Below the pieces are notes generated by a model that did not search any database, was not told where the DNA came from, and saw nothing but the letters and a program-made list of their open reading frames with translations. From the NCBI GenBank assembly GCA_963514005.1, contig OY740795.1, positions 50,654,001-50,718,000 on the forward strand: 64,000 nt of DNA, written 5' to 3'. Numbering within the stretch: the stretch's first letter is position 1; each line of letters opens with the position of its first letter. The position numbers were made by a program, and so were the translations under genes. The DNA is from Raja brachyura. Lineage: Eukaryota. Positions 36,805 to 47,838 of this stretch are shown here, in pieces.

Positions 36805-38327
36805 TAGCGTTGTTACAAATTCCTGCCATCAGTGGTGCTGTTGATCAGTTCACTGCCTGTGCATATGACTTGAGAGGTTGTGGGGGTGGGGTTAGTAAAA
36901 TGCAGGTTTTTATTGGTCGTCAGGGAGGGATTTCCTCGAAAAACAACCTTTATGAGGAAATTTTGTTCTGTGATCCCGCTCACGTTGTTTAACTATTGAA
37001 TCGCTGAATGAAAATCATCAGATTAAAATGCCTTCAAAATCACGGATCGCAAGTTCAGGACAAAGCAAAAAATATGTTCAGTTGGGCGTTTATTTAACAT
37101 CTTATTGATTTTTATGTGTAATTTCATTTTAATCTGATGATGCACAATATGTTATTTAGGCCCCGATATCGTCCATGTCTTGCCTGTCAGCTGTGACTGT
37201 GCAAAATCATGATGGCGGCCACAATCTGATCTCTGTATCTTAATCCACAAACATCCACTCTCAAGATAATCAAATTCATTATTTTTTGCACAATCATGTC
37301 ACAAGAACATCAAAATGAATCTATATTTTGTGTTATTTTCTATCCATGAACAATATTTTCATACTAAATATCTGACTAAAAACTTCCACAGTACATAGTT
37401 TTTAGGCAGATATTTAGTATGGAAATATTGATCATGGATAGACAATTACACAAAATATAGATAATTTAGATGTTCTTATGACATGATTGTGCAGAAAATA
37501 ATTATTTTGATTATCTTGAGAGTGGAAGTTTGTGGATTTTGAACACATGTCTGGGCAAAACTGTCCTTGTGTGCTGCAGTGTTATAAACCAACAGAGTAA
37601 AATTTATGGGAATTAACCATTCAATTCCTTCGATTTGGCATAGAAATTCATGACAAAGTGAGATTTAAAAATCATGTTATATTGTGAATTCTTGTGTGAA
37701 TGGGATCAGTTCGTTATTTGGATACTTTGGTTATTTAAAAATTTATTTTTAGCCTTTTCTTAAGATGAGATAGATGTTTAGATCTAGTAATTGAATGTAG
37801 ATGAATTTAATTGATTTGATGACACTGATGAATATGAATCATTTGTTGGGTATTTACTATTTGTTTTAACGTTACAATAATATTAAAGTTCTGATCTTGA
37901 GAATATCACATTTTTTAATTTTCAAGGCAGTCTGGGAGTTTATTACTATTTCTGTCACAATGGTTAATTTTGTAATTAGCTACTTAATTAGGTAATTAAC
38001 TAATTATATACTTTAACTTCAGGCCATCCACGGAAGATGTATCATATTTGTTTCAGAATGTTTCAATCTATAATAACTGAAAATTTCATTCAGATCTCTT
38101 AATTTTTAAGAAAGTTATGGGCGTTTGACTGTCCTCGATCAGAGCTTTTGTGTTCAGTTAATGGAAAAGCAATAGGGAACAAGATGCTAATTTCCGAGTA
38201 TGAAAATGGCCATAACTTTTTTAATACTGAAGTTATGAAAGTGAAATTAAAGTTCTTTTTATGCTTTATCTAATGGGATAAATTACAGGCTTGATTTTTA
38301 AAATCTCAAAAGTTTGTAACATTCCTA
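36805..38327. mobile_element. TAG...CTA DNA element variant with internal foldback
   Basis: Ends TAGCGTTGTTACAAA / TTTGTAACATTCCTA; TCCAAT duplicated on both flanks; right ~700 bp homologous to 7010-7555. Confidence 0.8.
37242..37538. repeat. Long imperfect inverted repeat (~143-bp arms, 12-nt loop)
   Basis: AATCCACAAACATCCACTCTCAAGATAATCAAA...GACTAAAAACT [TCCACAGTACAT] AGTTTTTAGGC...TTGAGAGTGGAAGTTTGTGGATT; about 90% arm identity by eye. Confidence 0.9.
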
Positions 38328-40709
38328 TCCAATCAGGTAGATGGGAGTAACGACTTAATTCTAGCTGACGAGAGGACTGCTCTGTTGCCTGTTAACAGCT
38401 GGGAAAAATGTGTCCTGGGACAAAGCTTCCATATAAATACACTTTAAAACTGAAATATATAATGTCATTAACCACTTTTCTTCTCATCTATCACTTTCCA
38501 CTCTGTAAGCATGGACAAGTGGGCATTTTGCCAGATTTGTAGCATCAATTAACTGGTTAACAGGAAGTGCAAGAGCAAGGTGATTCACCTTCTAATTTTT
38601 TTCTTCATCTCTTGGGGAGGATCTTTGCCTGTGCTTGGCACTTACCAGATGGCAACCCAGATTTTACCAAGTGATGAATTACAGAACAAAACTGCATTGC
38701 AACATTATATTGCAAAGCAGCCTAATTACTAATGCCTTGCCACATAACCTACTTAAATAAAATATTTTCCGTATGCAGGAATAGACTCTGTATTCTGTAC
38801 CTTTTCAATGTATTCCATAAGTCAATGGGACCTTAATGTCTTGTCAATGATGCAAAACATACAGTTGATGCGTTCTTCCCCACTGTGGAATCATTTTCAG
38901 AGGTTCCCAATCAGCATAATTTCATTTTAAAATTATTGGATGCATTAAACCCAGTTTATATTTCACTAACAATATGCAAAATCAACTCGTATTCCATGTG
39001 TCAACAAATTGCAAAAGACATTTTGGAAGGTTGTATATTTCCCTGTATTTCCCTCCACACTGACAATTAGTTCCAGGTGCTATTTACTCAGATTATACAA
39101 ATGGAAACACAAATAGTTCATGAAGCAAATCTGCCGGATTTATTACCTCTATAAAGGGAGATAACAAAAAAATAATAATCGTCCTTTCTCACTGAAAAAA
39201 TCTGCTTTCCGTTTTATTTGTATCTGGTGCAACCGGATCCAAAAATATGTTGCAAAAGACCAGGGATGGCGGTGGTCAGCATCATTGTCCAATGCCCACA
39301 TATGTGGATCTACCAGTGACTTTTAATCAGCCTGTGACTTCCTACATCATTGCTGTGCTTCCTGGTACATGAGCCTGAGCAGTGAAACTCATACATGCAA
39401 TGCTGGCAATCTCTCCATGTTGAAAATGTTTAAGAGGGATATAGTCAAACTCAAGCAAGTGGAACAAGCTGAGGTGGACATCTTGGCCAGTATGGACAAG
39501 TTGGGCTGAAGGGCCTGCTTCCACACTGTATCACTCTATGACTCTATGACATTGAAGACTATAAACTCTTGCAGGGAGGAATCCAACAGTAAAATAATTA
39601 AGATGTGGTGGGAGGTTTCCTACGATATTTGCAATAGGAGCCCAGCGGTCTACTTTGTTGATTCAATAATGAGAGAACCTTAATGGACTCAACACAGCAG
39701 AAATGGCAAGTGCATTGGCACAATCAACACAATCGACCTCAAACCTGAGCTGAAACTCAAGCTCAGTTTAATGGGATCCATTTAAACTGGCAGTTCCAGT
39801 CAAAGTGTGCCAGGCTGGCTCATTATAAATTAATGCACCAGATGCAGCACTTTATTTTGAGCTTGGCTATTCAACTCTAGCCCGACATGCTTAAGCAGTT
39901 TGGGAAACAAAAAGAAATTTAAAATTCTTGTCCTGAATTTAAGCTGATTTAATATAAGTGTGGTCATCTCAGATTCATGCTGGGTTTTACCTCTAATTTG
40001 ACCTCTAATTCCAACCCACTCAAATTGAGCCTCTTAAAATCCAGCCCGGCAGCTCTCTCATCCCTCAAAGTTGGCTTGGAGGTACACCCAATAATTCCTG
40101 TCGATCCACCATCTATTCCCATCTAATTGACAATGGCACTCAGATTCATTTTGCCTATGCCTCGGGCTTATACTTATCCACAACAAATGCTCGTCTTTCT
40201 GCTGTATTTGACACATCCCCTCAGTCACAGGAGAAAGGACCACAGAACACCTGGGAAAGATGGACAACCAGAAATGGCCATTGAGACATTTCACAATTCG
40301 GTTCAACGTGTTTTGCTAGCAGCAACTCAATATTATGACCTTTCGAGATTAAGAGATGGCTGCCTCCCAGCTACCATTAAAAAAAATCAGTCATACAGGA
40401 TACAATGCTCACTCTGCATAATCACCCCTTACATTTTCTTTTGAACTGGACAGTTCAAAATTAATGTGTAAGAAGGAACTGCAGACATTAATTTAAACAG
40501 AAGATAGACAACAAATGCTGGAGTAACTCAGTGGGACAGGCAGCATTTCTGGAGAGAAGGAATGGGTGACGTTTTGGGTCGAGACCCTTCTTCAGACTGG
40601 TTAGAGATAAGGGAAACGAGAGATATAGACGGTGATGTGGAGACATAAAGAACAATGAATGAAAGATATGCAAAAAAGTAACGATGGTAAAGGAAACAGG
40701 CCATTGTAA

Positions 40710-41124
40710 AGGTCCTGTCCTATTTGGACGATTTTTTAGGCAACTACAGGCGACTAGGCTGTCGCCACATGGTCGCCGGGGTGTCGCCTGTATGGTCATT
40801 AGTAGCCTCCTCAGTCGCCCAAAGAGTCGGAGCGTCTTTCTAGTCGCCTCTAGATTTTCAACATGTTGAAACATTTTCGGAGACAGTCAGCGACAGTGGG
40901 TTTGATGCCAATGAGCGTAGCTTGACTTCTCCCCACGTAGGTGCTGTCGTAGTTGTCGCCAGGTGACGTAGGTTGTCGCCGGCGCTGACTCTTTTTTTTA
41001 AAGTAATGATTCTATTTCAAATTTTATGTCAAAATGGGGTCCAGTCGCTGGTTGTTCGGTGACCTGCTACAACAATGAAAGTCGCCGGCAGTCGCCTACA
41101 AATAGCCTAAGTGGGGCAGGCCCA
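40710..41124. mobile_element. Harbinger-type MITE (type B related)
   Basis: AGGTCCTGTCCTATTTGG...CTAAGTGGGGCAGGCCCA; TAA on both flanks. Confidence 0.8.
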
Positions 41125-41127
41125 TAA

Positions 41128-41416
41128 CATAGAAACATAGAAAATAGGTGCAGGAGGAGGCCATTCGGCCCTTCGAGACAGCACCGCCATTCATTGTGAT
41201 CATGGCTGATCGTCCCCAATCAATAACCCGTGCCTGCCTTCTCCCCATATCCCTTGACTCCACTAGCCCCTAGAGCTCTATCCAACTCTCTCTTAAATCC
41301 ATCCAGTGATTTGGCCTCCACTGCCCTCTGTGGCAGGGAATTCCATAAATTCACAACTCTCTGGGTGAAAAAGTTTTTTCTCATCTCAGTCTTAAATGAC
41401 CTCCCCTTTATTCCAA
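41128..41416 (-). mobile_element. CR1 3' end
   Basis: (CATAGAAA)n tail, GGCCATTCGGCCCTTCGAG, TTCACAACTCTCTGGGTGAAAAAG. Confidence 0.85.
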
Positions 41417-41764
41417 GAGGGTGAAAATGAGAAGCAAGTGCGAATTGGGTGGGGGAGGGATTGAGAGAGAGGGAATGCCGGGGCTACCTGAAGTGAGAGA
41501 AATCAATATTCATACCACTGGGCTGTAAGCTGCAAAAGCGAAATATGAGATGCTGATCCTCCAATTTGCGTTCAGCCTCATTCTGACAATGGAGGAGACT
41601 GAGGACAGAAAGGTCTGTGTAGGAATGGGAAGGAGAATTAAAGTGTCCGGCAACTGGGAGATCAGGTTGGTTCACACAGGCTGAGCGTTCCTTAAATTCA
41701 TGTATTTAATTTCCCACAAGACTATCTGTTACCCTACATTACACCATAACTCCAAATACGTAGT

Positions 41765-41892
41765 GTGGGGAAGAACTGCAGATGCTGGTTTGAATAGAAG
41801 ATAGACACAAAATGCTGGAGTAACTCAGCGGGACAGGCAGCATCTCTGGAGAGAAGGAATGGGTGACGTTTCGGGTCGAGAACCTTCATCTG
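41765..41892 (-). mobile_element. Solo PLE pLTR
   Basis: GAACTGCAGATGCTGG...GGAATGGGTGACGTTTCGGGTCGAG. Confidence 0.8.
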
Positions 41893-41914
41893 TCAGAAAG
41901 ACAGATCGGTAGAC

Positions 41915-42222
41915 ATTAGACAATAGACAACAGGTGCAGGAGTAGGCCATTCGACCCTTCAAGCCAGCATCGCTATTCAATGTGATCAAGGCTGATCATC
42001 CCCAATCAGTACCCCGTTCCTGCCTTCTCCCCATATCCCCTGACGTCGCTATTTTTAAGAGCCCTATCTAGCTCTCTCTTGAAAGCATCCAGAGAACCTG
42101 CCTCCACCACCCCCTGAGGCAGAGAATTCCACAGACTCACCACTCTCTGTGAGAAAAAGTGTTTCCTCGTCTCTGTTCTAAATGGCTTACTCCTTATTCT
42201 TAAACCGTGGCCCCTGGTTCTG
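41915..42222 (-). mobile_element. CR1 3' end ((ATTGTCT)n-type tail)
   Basis: AGACAATAGACAACAGGTGCAGGAGTAGGCCATTCG...CACTCTCTGTGAGAAAAAG. Confidence 0.8.
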
Positions 42223-42394
42223 GTAGGTTTATACCAGACATCTCATACAGCAGAAGTGAGCAAGAGCAAAAAGAGAAGATGAGACGAACAGCAGAGAATC
42301 TTGGACAAAGGTTACAGGGAACTCCAGGCCGTTTGACTTCTTTACATGTGCATGGTGTCAAATTGCAATGGCAACAAAGAATGGGTGATATGTC

Positions 42395-43010
42395 AGAAGG
42401 AACTGCAGAAGCTGGTTTACACCGAATATAGACACAAAGTGCTGGAATAGCTCAGCGGGACGGACAGCATCTCTAGATAGAAGAAATGGGTGACGTTTTG
42501 TGTCAAGACCCTTCTTCAGACGGAGTCAGGGGAGAGGGAGACACAGAGATATGGAAGGGTAAGGTGTGAAAATGAGACATCAAAGGAGATGCATTCGGGG
42601 AAAATGTAGATTTGCAACATTGTTAGCAAGGAGATAGCGACAACGAAGGTTACAGAAATAAAATGTAATCGGGGGACAGTCAGACTGGTTGGAGGACTAG
42701 GAAGGGGGAGGGATGGAGCGGGAAGGAAAGCAAGTTAGAGAAGTCAATATTCAAACCGCTGGGGTGTAAGATGCCCAAGCGAAATATGAGGAGCTGTTCC
42801 TCCAATTTGCGCTGGGCCTCAATCTGACAGTGGAGGAGGCCCAGGACAGAGAGGTCAAGGAATGGGAGGGAGAGTTAGAGTGTTTGGCAACTGTGAAATC
42901 AGGTGGGTTTAGGCGGACTAAGCGGAGGTGTTCCGCAAAATGATCGGCCAGCCTGCTCTTGGTCTCGGCGATATATAGGAGTCCACACCTGGACCAGCGG
43001 ATACAGTCGG
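42395..43010 (-). mobile_element. PLE 3' end (GIY-YIG remnant plus pLTR)
   Basis: ORF 42751..43047 CIRWSRCGLLYIAETKSRLADHFAEHLR; pLTR at 42395-42520. Confidence 0.85.
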
Positions 43011-43292
43011 TGCACTTGCTGATTGGATCGATCAGAGCTCCATCCAAAAGAATGCAACATTAGGAGTGCTGGTGTGGATTGGATTGATCAGAGCTCTACA
43101 GTGCAGACCATTAGTACAGCTGTCCAAATTGTATAATTGTCAAAGTAACTTCTCAGTGCAGGAACTGCAAACAAAGTCTTCAGAGGGAGGGTGTTAAAGA
43201 AGGAACTGCAGATGCTGGAGAATCGAGGGTTACACAAAAGGCTGGAGAAACTCAGCGGGTGCAGCAGCATCTAAGGAGCGAAGGAGATAGGC

Positions 43293-43320
43293 GACGTTTC
43301 GGGTCGAGACCCTTCTTCAG
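43293..43320 (-). ncRNA. Minimal hammerhead ribozyme motif
   Basis: CUGAAGA-A-GGGU(CUCG)ACCC-GAAA-CG-UC with a GUC cleavage triplet. Confidence 0.7.
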
Positions 43321-43619
43321 ACCCTTATTTTTGGTATGGGTTGCTCCTCTGGTCGAGGAAGTACCGGAGGGCTTTGAGACCATCCTGGTGGGGGATGCAG
43401 GTGTATAGTGACTGGACGTCCATGGTGAAGATGAGAGGATGGGGGCCTGGACAACGGAATGTGTGGAGCCGACGGAGAGTGTCTGAGGTGTCTTGAACAT
43501 AGGTGGGGAGGGATTTAACAAAGGGGGATAGGATGGAGTCAAAGTATGTGGAAATGTGTTCGGTGGGGCACGAACAGGCAGAGACAATGGGTCTGCCGGG
43601 GCAGTCGGGTTTGTGGATT

Positions 43620-43723
43620 CACGAACAGGCAGAGACAATGGGTCTCACGAACAGGCAGAGACAATGGGTCTCACGAACAGGCAGAGACAATGGGTCTCAC
43701 GAACAGGCAGAGACAATGGGTCT
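43620..43723. repeat. 4 x 26-bp perfect tandem repeat copied from 43569-43594
   Basis: CACGAACAGGCAGAGACAATGGGTCT at 43620, 43646, 43672 and 43698; identical source copy inside the RT at 43569. Confidence 0.95.
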
Positions 43724-43788
43724 TCAGAGGGAGGGATGGAAACAGGGTTCACGGCTAGGTGGCTCATTTCCTTGTATTGCCTTATAAA

Positions 43789-43824
43789 CTGATGCCATTT
43801 TCACACTTTGCTTTCCAGGTGAGT
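43789..43824 (+). promoter_or_regulatory. Candidate recursive splice site (3' splice site directly followed by 5' splice site)
   Basis: CTGAT branch-like motif, pyrimidine tract TTTTCACACTTTGCTTTCCAG, then GTGAGT; about 58 nt free of AG upstream. Confidence 0.35.
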
Positions 43825-45170
43825 TCCGTGAAACTCCAGACATCCATGAACCCATCTGTAAGCTGCAAAAACCATGATCATGTCTTTGTGATTGACTGAT
43901 TATCCCTTTGAAATTGGTTATCGCACCTCTCCCAAAAGGATTAAATGAAGGCAATCTAATCCACTGCCGTTAAGTGTGGAACCCTGCACGCTGGGCTCAG
44001 ATCCCCGACATGTCTTCAACTACATGAGAGTCATCCCTTCCCAGACTCTCCCAAACCGATGCCCTCCGAAACATTGAAATTCAGCACGTTTCATTTCAAT
44101 CAATTTTGATAAATGCACTAGGGGGCTCTCCAGCAGTTCGTCAGTCACACAATCATCTCAAAGTCATAATCTCTTGACTTGCAGGACCTGGAGATAATTA
44201 TATTTGTGGCATGAAATATTATCATTTCCTCTGCTTAGCTAACAAAAAATGCTGCAAATGTGATCCATGGCATTTCATGTGCATCCTGTTTGTCAAATTG
44301 TCATTCATGATCAATAACTCCAATAAACGAGTTAAAAGTGTGAGCTGATGCTTTGCCAATAAACACATTAGCATTTTTCTACACTTTGCATTGGGTAAGT
44401 GAATCGCTCATTGAAATCACCAGTCTGCTATATTAGTGGCTTACTGCACTACAATCCCTGAGAAATGGCTCTTTAATCTCACATTTCATTCTCAACTTCT
44501 TGTAATGAATTCCATGCACCAGACATTGTGCAAAACCATTTGCATGGTTTTAGGTTTTCTACAATGCATGATGGTAATCATCTACAATCGCTGAATAAGT
44601 AACATTTCTTTCCTGATTCTAAATCAATAAAATGAGATTCATTCTTTACCATTTTAGAGTCTCAGTCTTACACTGGGAAAATGCAAGTTGACTTCTATTC
44701 TCAATAAGCTATGGAGGGCTTTGTCATATTCAAGCATTTCAATGACATAAAACCTGCTGCATATCACTGACGACCAGATACTTCAAAGATGCAAACTTCA
44801 AGCAAGCGCTTCCTGACGTGCTGTCAGAAGGATTTTATAATTTCAGCAAAGAGACAAAGTGCTAACATCATACCGCAGAAGATCTTCAGATGATAATTGA
44901 TTTCAAAAATGAACAACCGTTTGTCCTCAAATTCCTTCGAATTAAAATCCAATGTCTGAAAGTGATTCAGGGTGCAGTTAAGAAAGTTGGTAAGTCAGCC
45001 AAGGTGTTGCACATCCACTTCACAGACATAGTCTCTGATACATTGGCACTAAAATACCAGTCACTTGGATCAATGCCAACTGAGGCTTGCCAGAGATTAG
45101 CTTCCGAACAGCTACTGGGCAACTGAGGAATGGAACAAATATCTTGCTATCCTCATCACAGCCATCACAA

Positions 45171-45911
45171 ATGTCCCTGTTCTTCAGAGAACGGGGTTTC
45201 CCCTCCCCCACTATAGGTGAGGCTCGCACCAGGGTCTCCTCCATACCCCGCAACACTGCCCTCTCTCCCCATTCCCCCACTCATAACAAGGGCCGAGTCC
45301 CCCTGGTCCTCACCTTTCACCCCACCAGCCAGCGCATACAACAGATAGTCCTCCGCCAGTTTCGCCACCTCCAGCGTGACCCCTCCACTCGCCACATCTT
45401 CCCATCTCCCCCCCTGTCTGCCTTCCGCAAAGACCGCTCCCTCCGCAACTCCCTTGTCAATTCTTCCCTTCCCTCCCTCTCCACCCCTTCCCCGGGCACT
45501 TTCCCTTGCAACCGCAAGAGATGCTACACTTGTCCCTTCACCTCCCCCATCCACTCCTTTCAGGGACCCAAGCAGTCGTTCCAGGTCCGACAGAGGTTCA
45601 CCTGCACCTCCTCCAACCTCATCTACTGCATCCGTTGCTCCAGATGCCAGCTGATCTACGTTGGTGAGACCAAGCGGAGGCTGGGCGATCGTTTCGCCGA
45701 ACACCTCCGCTCGGTCCGCAATAACCAACCCGACCTCCCGGTGGCTCAGCACTTCAACTCCCCCTCCCATTCCGTATCCGACCTCTCGGTCCTGGGCCTC
45801 CTCCACGGCCAGAGTGAGCAACACCGTAAGTTGGAGGAACAGCACCTCATATTCCGCTTGGGGAGTCTGCATCCTCTGGGCTTAAACATTGAATTTTCTC
45901 AATTCTGTTAA
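45171..45911 (+). CDS. PLE C-terminal region: linker, Cys-rich motif and GIY-YIG endonuclease (246 aa from first ATG; 5'-truncated transposon ORF)
   Basis: Uninterrupted frame inside ORF 45087..45911; the track's N-terminal ~22 codons are host flank. Confidence 0.7.
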   Translation: MSLFFRERGFPSPTIGEARTRVSSIPRNTALSPHSPTHNKGRVPLVLTFHPTSQRIQQIVLRQFRHLQRDPSTRHIFPSPPLSAFRKDRSLRNSLVNSSLPSLSTPSPGTFPCNRKRCYTCPFTSPIHSFQGPKQSFQVRQRFTCTSSNLIYCIRCSRCQLIYVGETKRRLGDRFAEHLRSVRNNQPDLPVAQHFNSPSHSVSDLSVLGLLHGQSEQHRKLEEQHLIFRLGSLHPLGLNIEFSQFC

Positions 45912-46151
45912 CCCAGACTGCCTCCTCCCCCTCCCCACCTCTCCCTCAGCCCTCGGGCCCTGACATTCCTTCTCCATCGCCCCCCCCCCCCCCCCCCCCA
46001 AGTCACACTAGCTTCTCATTTTCACACCACAAACAGCTTACAATGCCCTGTTTCCTTTATCATCAATACTTTTTTGCATATCTTTCATTCATTGTTCTTT
46101 ATCTCTCCACATCACTGTCTATATCTCTCGTTTCCCTGATACCTGACCAGT

Positions 46152-46179
46152 CTGAAGAAGGGTCTCGACCTGAAACGTC
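46152..46179 (+). ncRNA. Minimal hammerhead ribozyme motif in PLE pLTR
   Basis: CUGAAGA-A-GGGU(CUCG)ACCU-GAAA-CG-UC, about 240 nt downstream of the GIY-YIG stop. Confidence 0.65.
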
Positions 46180-46334
46180 GCCTATCTCCTTCGCTCCTTA
46201 GATGCTGCTGCACCTGCTGAGTTTCTCCAGCTTTTTGTGTAACCCTCTTGCTATCCTTGTGCAGTCAAGTCTTTAGATAGAAAATCACCCAAATTACCAT
46301 AAACAATTAGCACAATCTGCGCATTATTTCTAGA

Positions 46335-46625
46335 GGGGGAGCACGGTGACGCAGCATCAGCGCCAGTGACCCGGGTTCGATCCTAACTATGGGTGCTGTC
46401 TGTACGCACTTTGTACGTTCTCTCCGTAAACGCGTGGGTTTTCTCTGAGATCTTCAGTTTCCTTCCACACTCCAAAGACGTGCAGGTTTGCAGGCTAATT
46501 GGTTTGGTATAAATGTAAATTGTCCCTAGTGTGTGCAGGATAGTGTCAGCGTGCGGGGATTGCGGGTTGGTGCGGACTCAGTGGGCCAAAGGGCCTGTTT
46601 CCACGCTGTATCTCTAGACTGAAGT
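46335..46625 (+). mobile_element. tRNA-derived V-SINE
   Basis: GCACGGTGACGCAGC...CCCGGGTTCGATCC...TTGTACGTTCTCTCCG...GGGCCTGTTTCCACGCTGTATCTCTA. Confidence 0.85.
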
Positions 46626-47119
46626 AAATTAAAAACTAAGAAAGGACAATGGATTGTGTGCTGGGTGCCTCTGTGATGTGTGTTGACAGCAGTGAGATTT
46701 CCTGTCAATAGTATGTACTTAGTAAATTAGCCTTCAGTCAGCGTCTCCAAAATCGGAACTGTCTTCTATGGTACCAAGTATGTTCATCCTTCACTACCAG
46801 TGTTTGTCACTGGTGGAAAGGCTTACATCTCCTTTCATTTTGTTAATTATTCACTCTAAACTTTCATGTTCTGCAATGCATAAACTATTAATAGATTATT
46901 AAAGACGTGTCTTTGAGTGTCTGTCTAGCTTATTCACTTTGGGTATATCTAAAGCAATGAATAAAAGTACAGCTGATATTTTCTAATAAGCATCAACTCC
47001 CATTGAATTCATGGAAGTTCACTGTTTTCCTGAGGTACAAGTAGAACTCGTTGGAAAATCACAGAAACATAACATTTCTGTAATCATTTGACCTGCCTTG
47101 TATTGGGTTTCCATGCGGG

Positions 47120-47800
47120 ATGGCAGAGTGACACAGTTCAAAGAGCAACCACCTTCTAGCTCCAAACATCCTGGTTTAATACTGACCTTGGGCACTGCTG
47201 CGTGGAATTTGCATGTTCTCCCAAAATGGCATGGAATTCCTCAAGGTGATCCAGATTCTCCCACATTTTAAAGACATAGGGGTTGGCAGATTAATTGGCC
47301 ATTGGAAACGGCACCCAAGTGTGTGATAGACTCTAATGCTGGTTGATGGGTATGTGGGAGAATAAAATGGGAGAAGTATAAAATAAGTGCTTAATAGTCA
47401 TCAGACGAATGATATGTTTCTATATTGAATGATCGATGATTCTATGTTCCAGGTACTTGCAAGGCATAAGTTGCCAGCTCTGGGGGCAGCTCTGTGGCGC
47501 ATCGGTAGAGTTGCTGCCTTACAGCGCCGGAGACCCGGAATTGATCCTGACTACGGGTGCTGACTGTACGGAGTTTGTACGTTCTTCCTGTGACCTGCAT
47601 GGGTTTTCTCTGAGATCTTTGGTGTCCTCAAACATTCCAAAGATGTACAGGTTTGTAGATTAATTGGTTTGGTATGAATGTAAATTGTCCCTTGTCCCTA
47701 GTGTGTGTAGGGTAGTATTAATGTGCGGGGATCGCTGGTCGCTGGTCAGTGCGGACTCGGTGGGCTAAACTAAACTAAACTAAACCAAAAATAAACTAGA
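47120..47800 (+). mobile_element. Two tandem V-SINE copies (old ~47120-47430, younger ~47482-47800)
   Basis: GGAATTTGCATGTTCTCCC and GTGGCGCATCGGTAGAGTTGC...GGAGTTTGTACGTTC; (CTAAA)n tail. Confidence 0.75.
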
Positions 47801-47838
47801 CAGTAAATTTGGAGGATTCCAGAACTTCCTATTTCCTT

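Larger units (their letters stand above)
36560..38440 (-). mobile_element. Rex1/Babar-type 3' end split by a DNA transposon
   Basis: (TTTAG)n tail, GAGGTACAGTG..., GGTCTCCAAT|CAGGTAGATGGGAG, AACAGCTGGGAA match the reverse of 55790-56060. Confidence 0.7.
40468..41690 (-). mobile_element. PLE 3' end (GIY-YIG C-terminus plus pLTR) interrupted by a MITE and a CR1
   Basis: ORF 41484..41675 NQPDLPVAGHFNSPSHS...RKLEDQHLIFR; pLTR at 40468-40705. Confidence 0.85.
43192..43723 (-). mobile_element. Rearranged PLE insertion: 26-bp reiterations, RT core fragment, pLTR
   Basis: Minus strand 43619-43330 translates IHKPDCPGRPIVSACSCPTEHISTYFDSILSPFVKSLPTYVQDT...FTMDVQSLYTCIPH (PLE RT motifs), fused directly to the pLTR; TSD GTCTTCAGAGGGAGGG at 43176-43191 and 43720-43735. 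Confidence 0.9.
45154..46245 (+). mobile_element. 5'-truncated Penelope-like element (Neptune-type) with open GIY-YIG frame and pLTR
   Basis: 12-bp TSD TCTTGCTATCCT (45142-45153, 46246-46257); RGFP, PLVLTFHP, CNRKRCYTC, NLIYCIRCSRC..IYVGET..R..RFAEH, VAQHF, GLN motifs. Confidence 0.95.

Noticed and set aside
43569-43723. 26-bp repeats resembling a CRISPR array
   Set aside because: Four units are directly adjacent without spacers, the unit is PLE RT coding sequence, no cas genes are present, and the context is eukaryotic.
44847-44995. Possible host exon between TTTCAG and G|GTAAGT
   Set aside because: All three frames contain stop codons; a non-coding exon cannot be excluded but is unsupported.
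45087-45170. 274-aa ORF as a host-PLE fusion gene
   Set aside because: It starts at TTG just after an in-frame stop; the extra N-terminus is chance read-through of flank and TSD.
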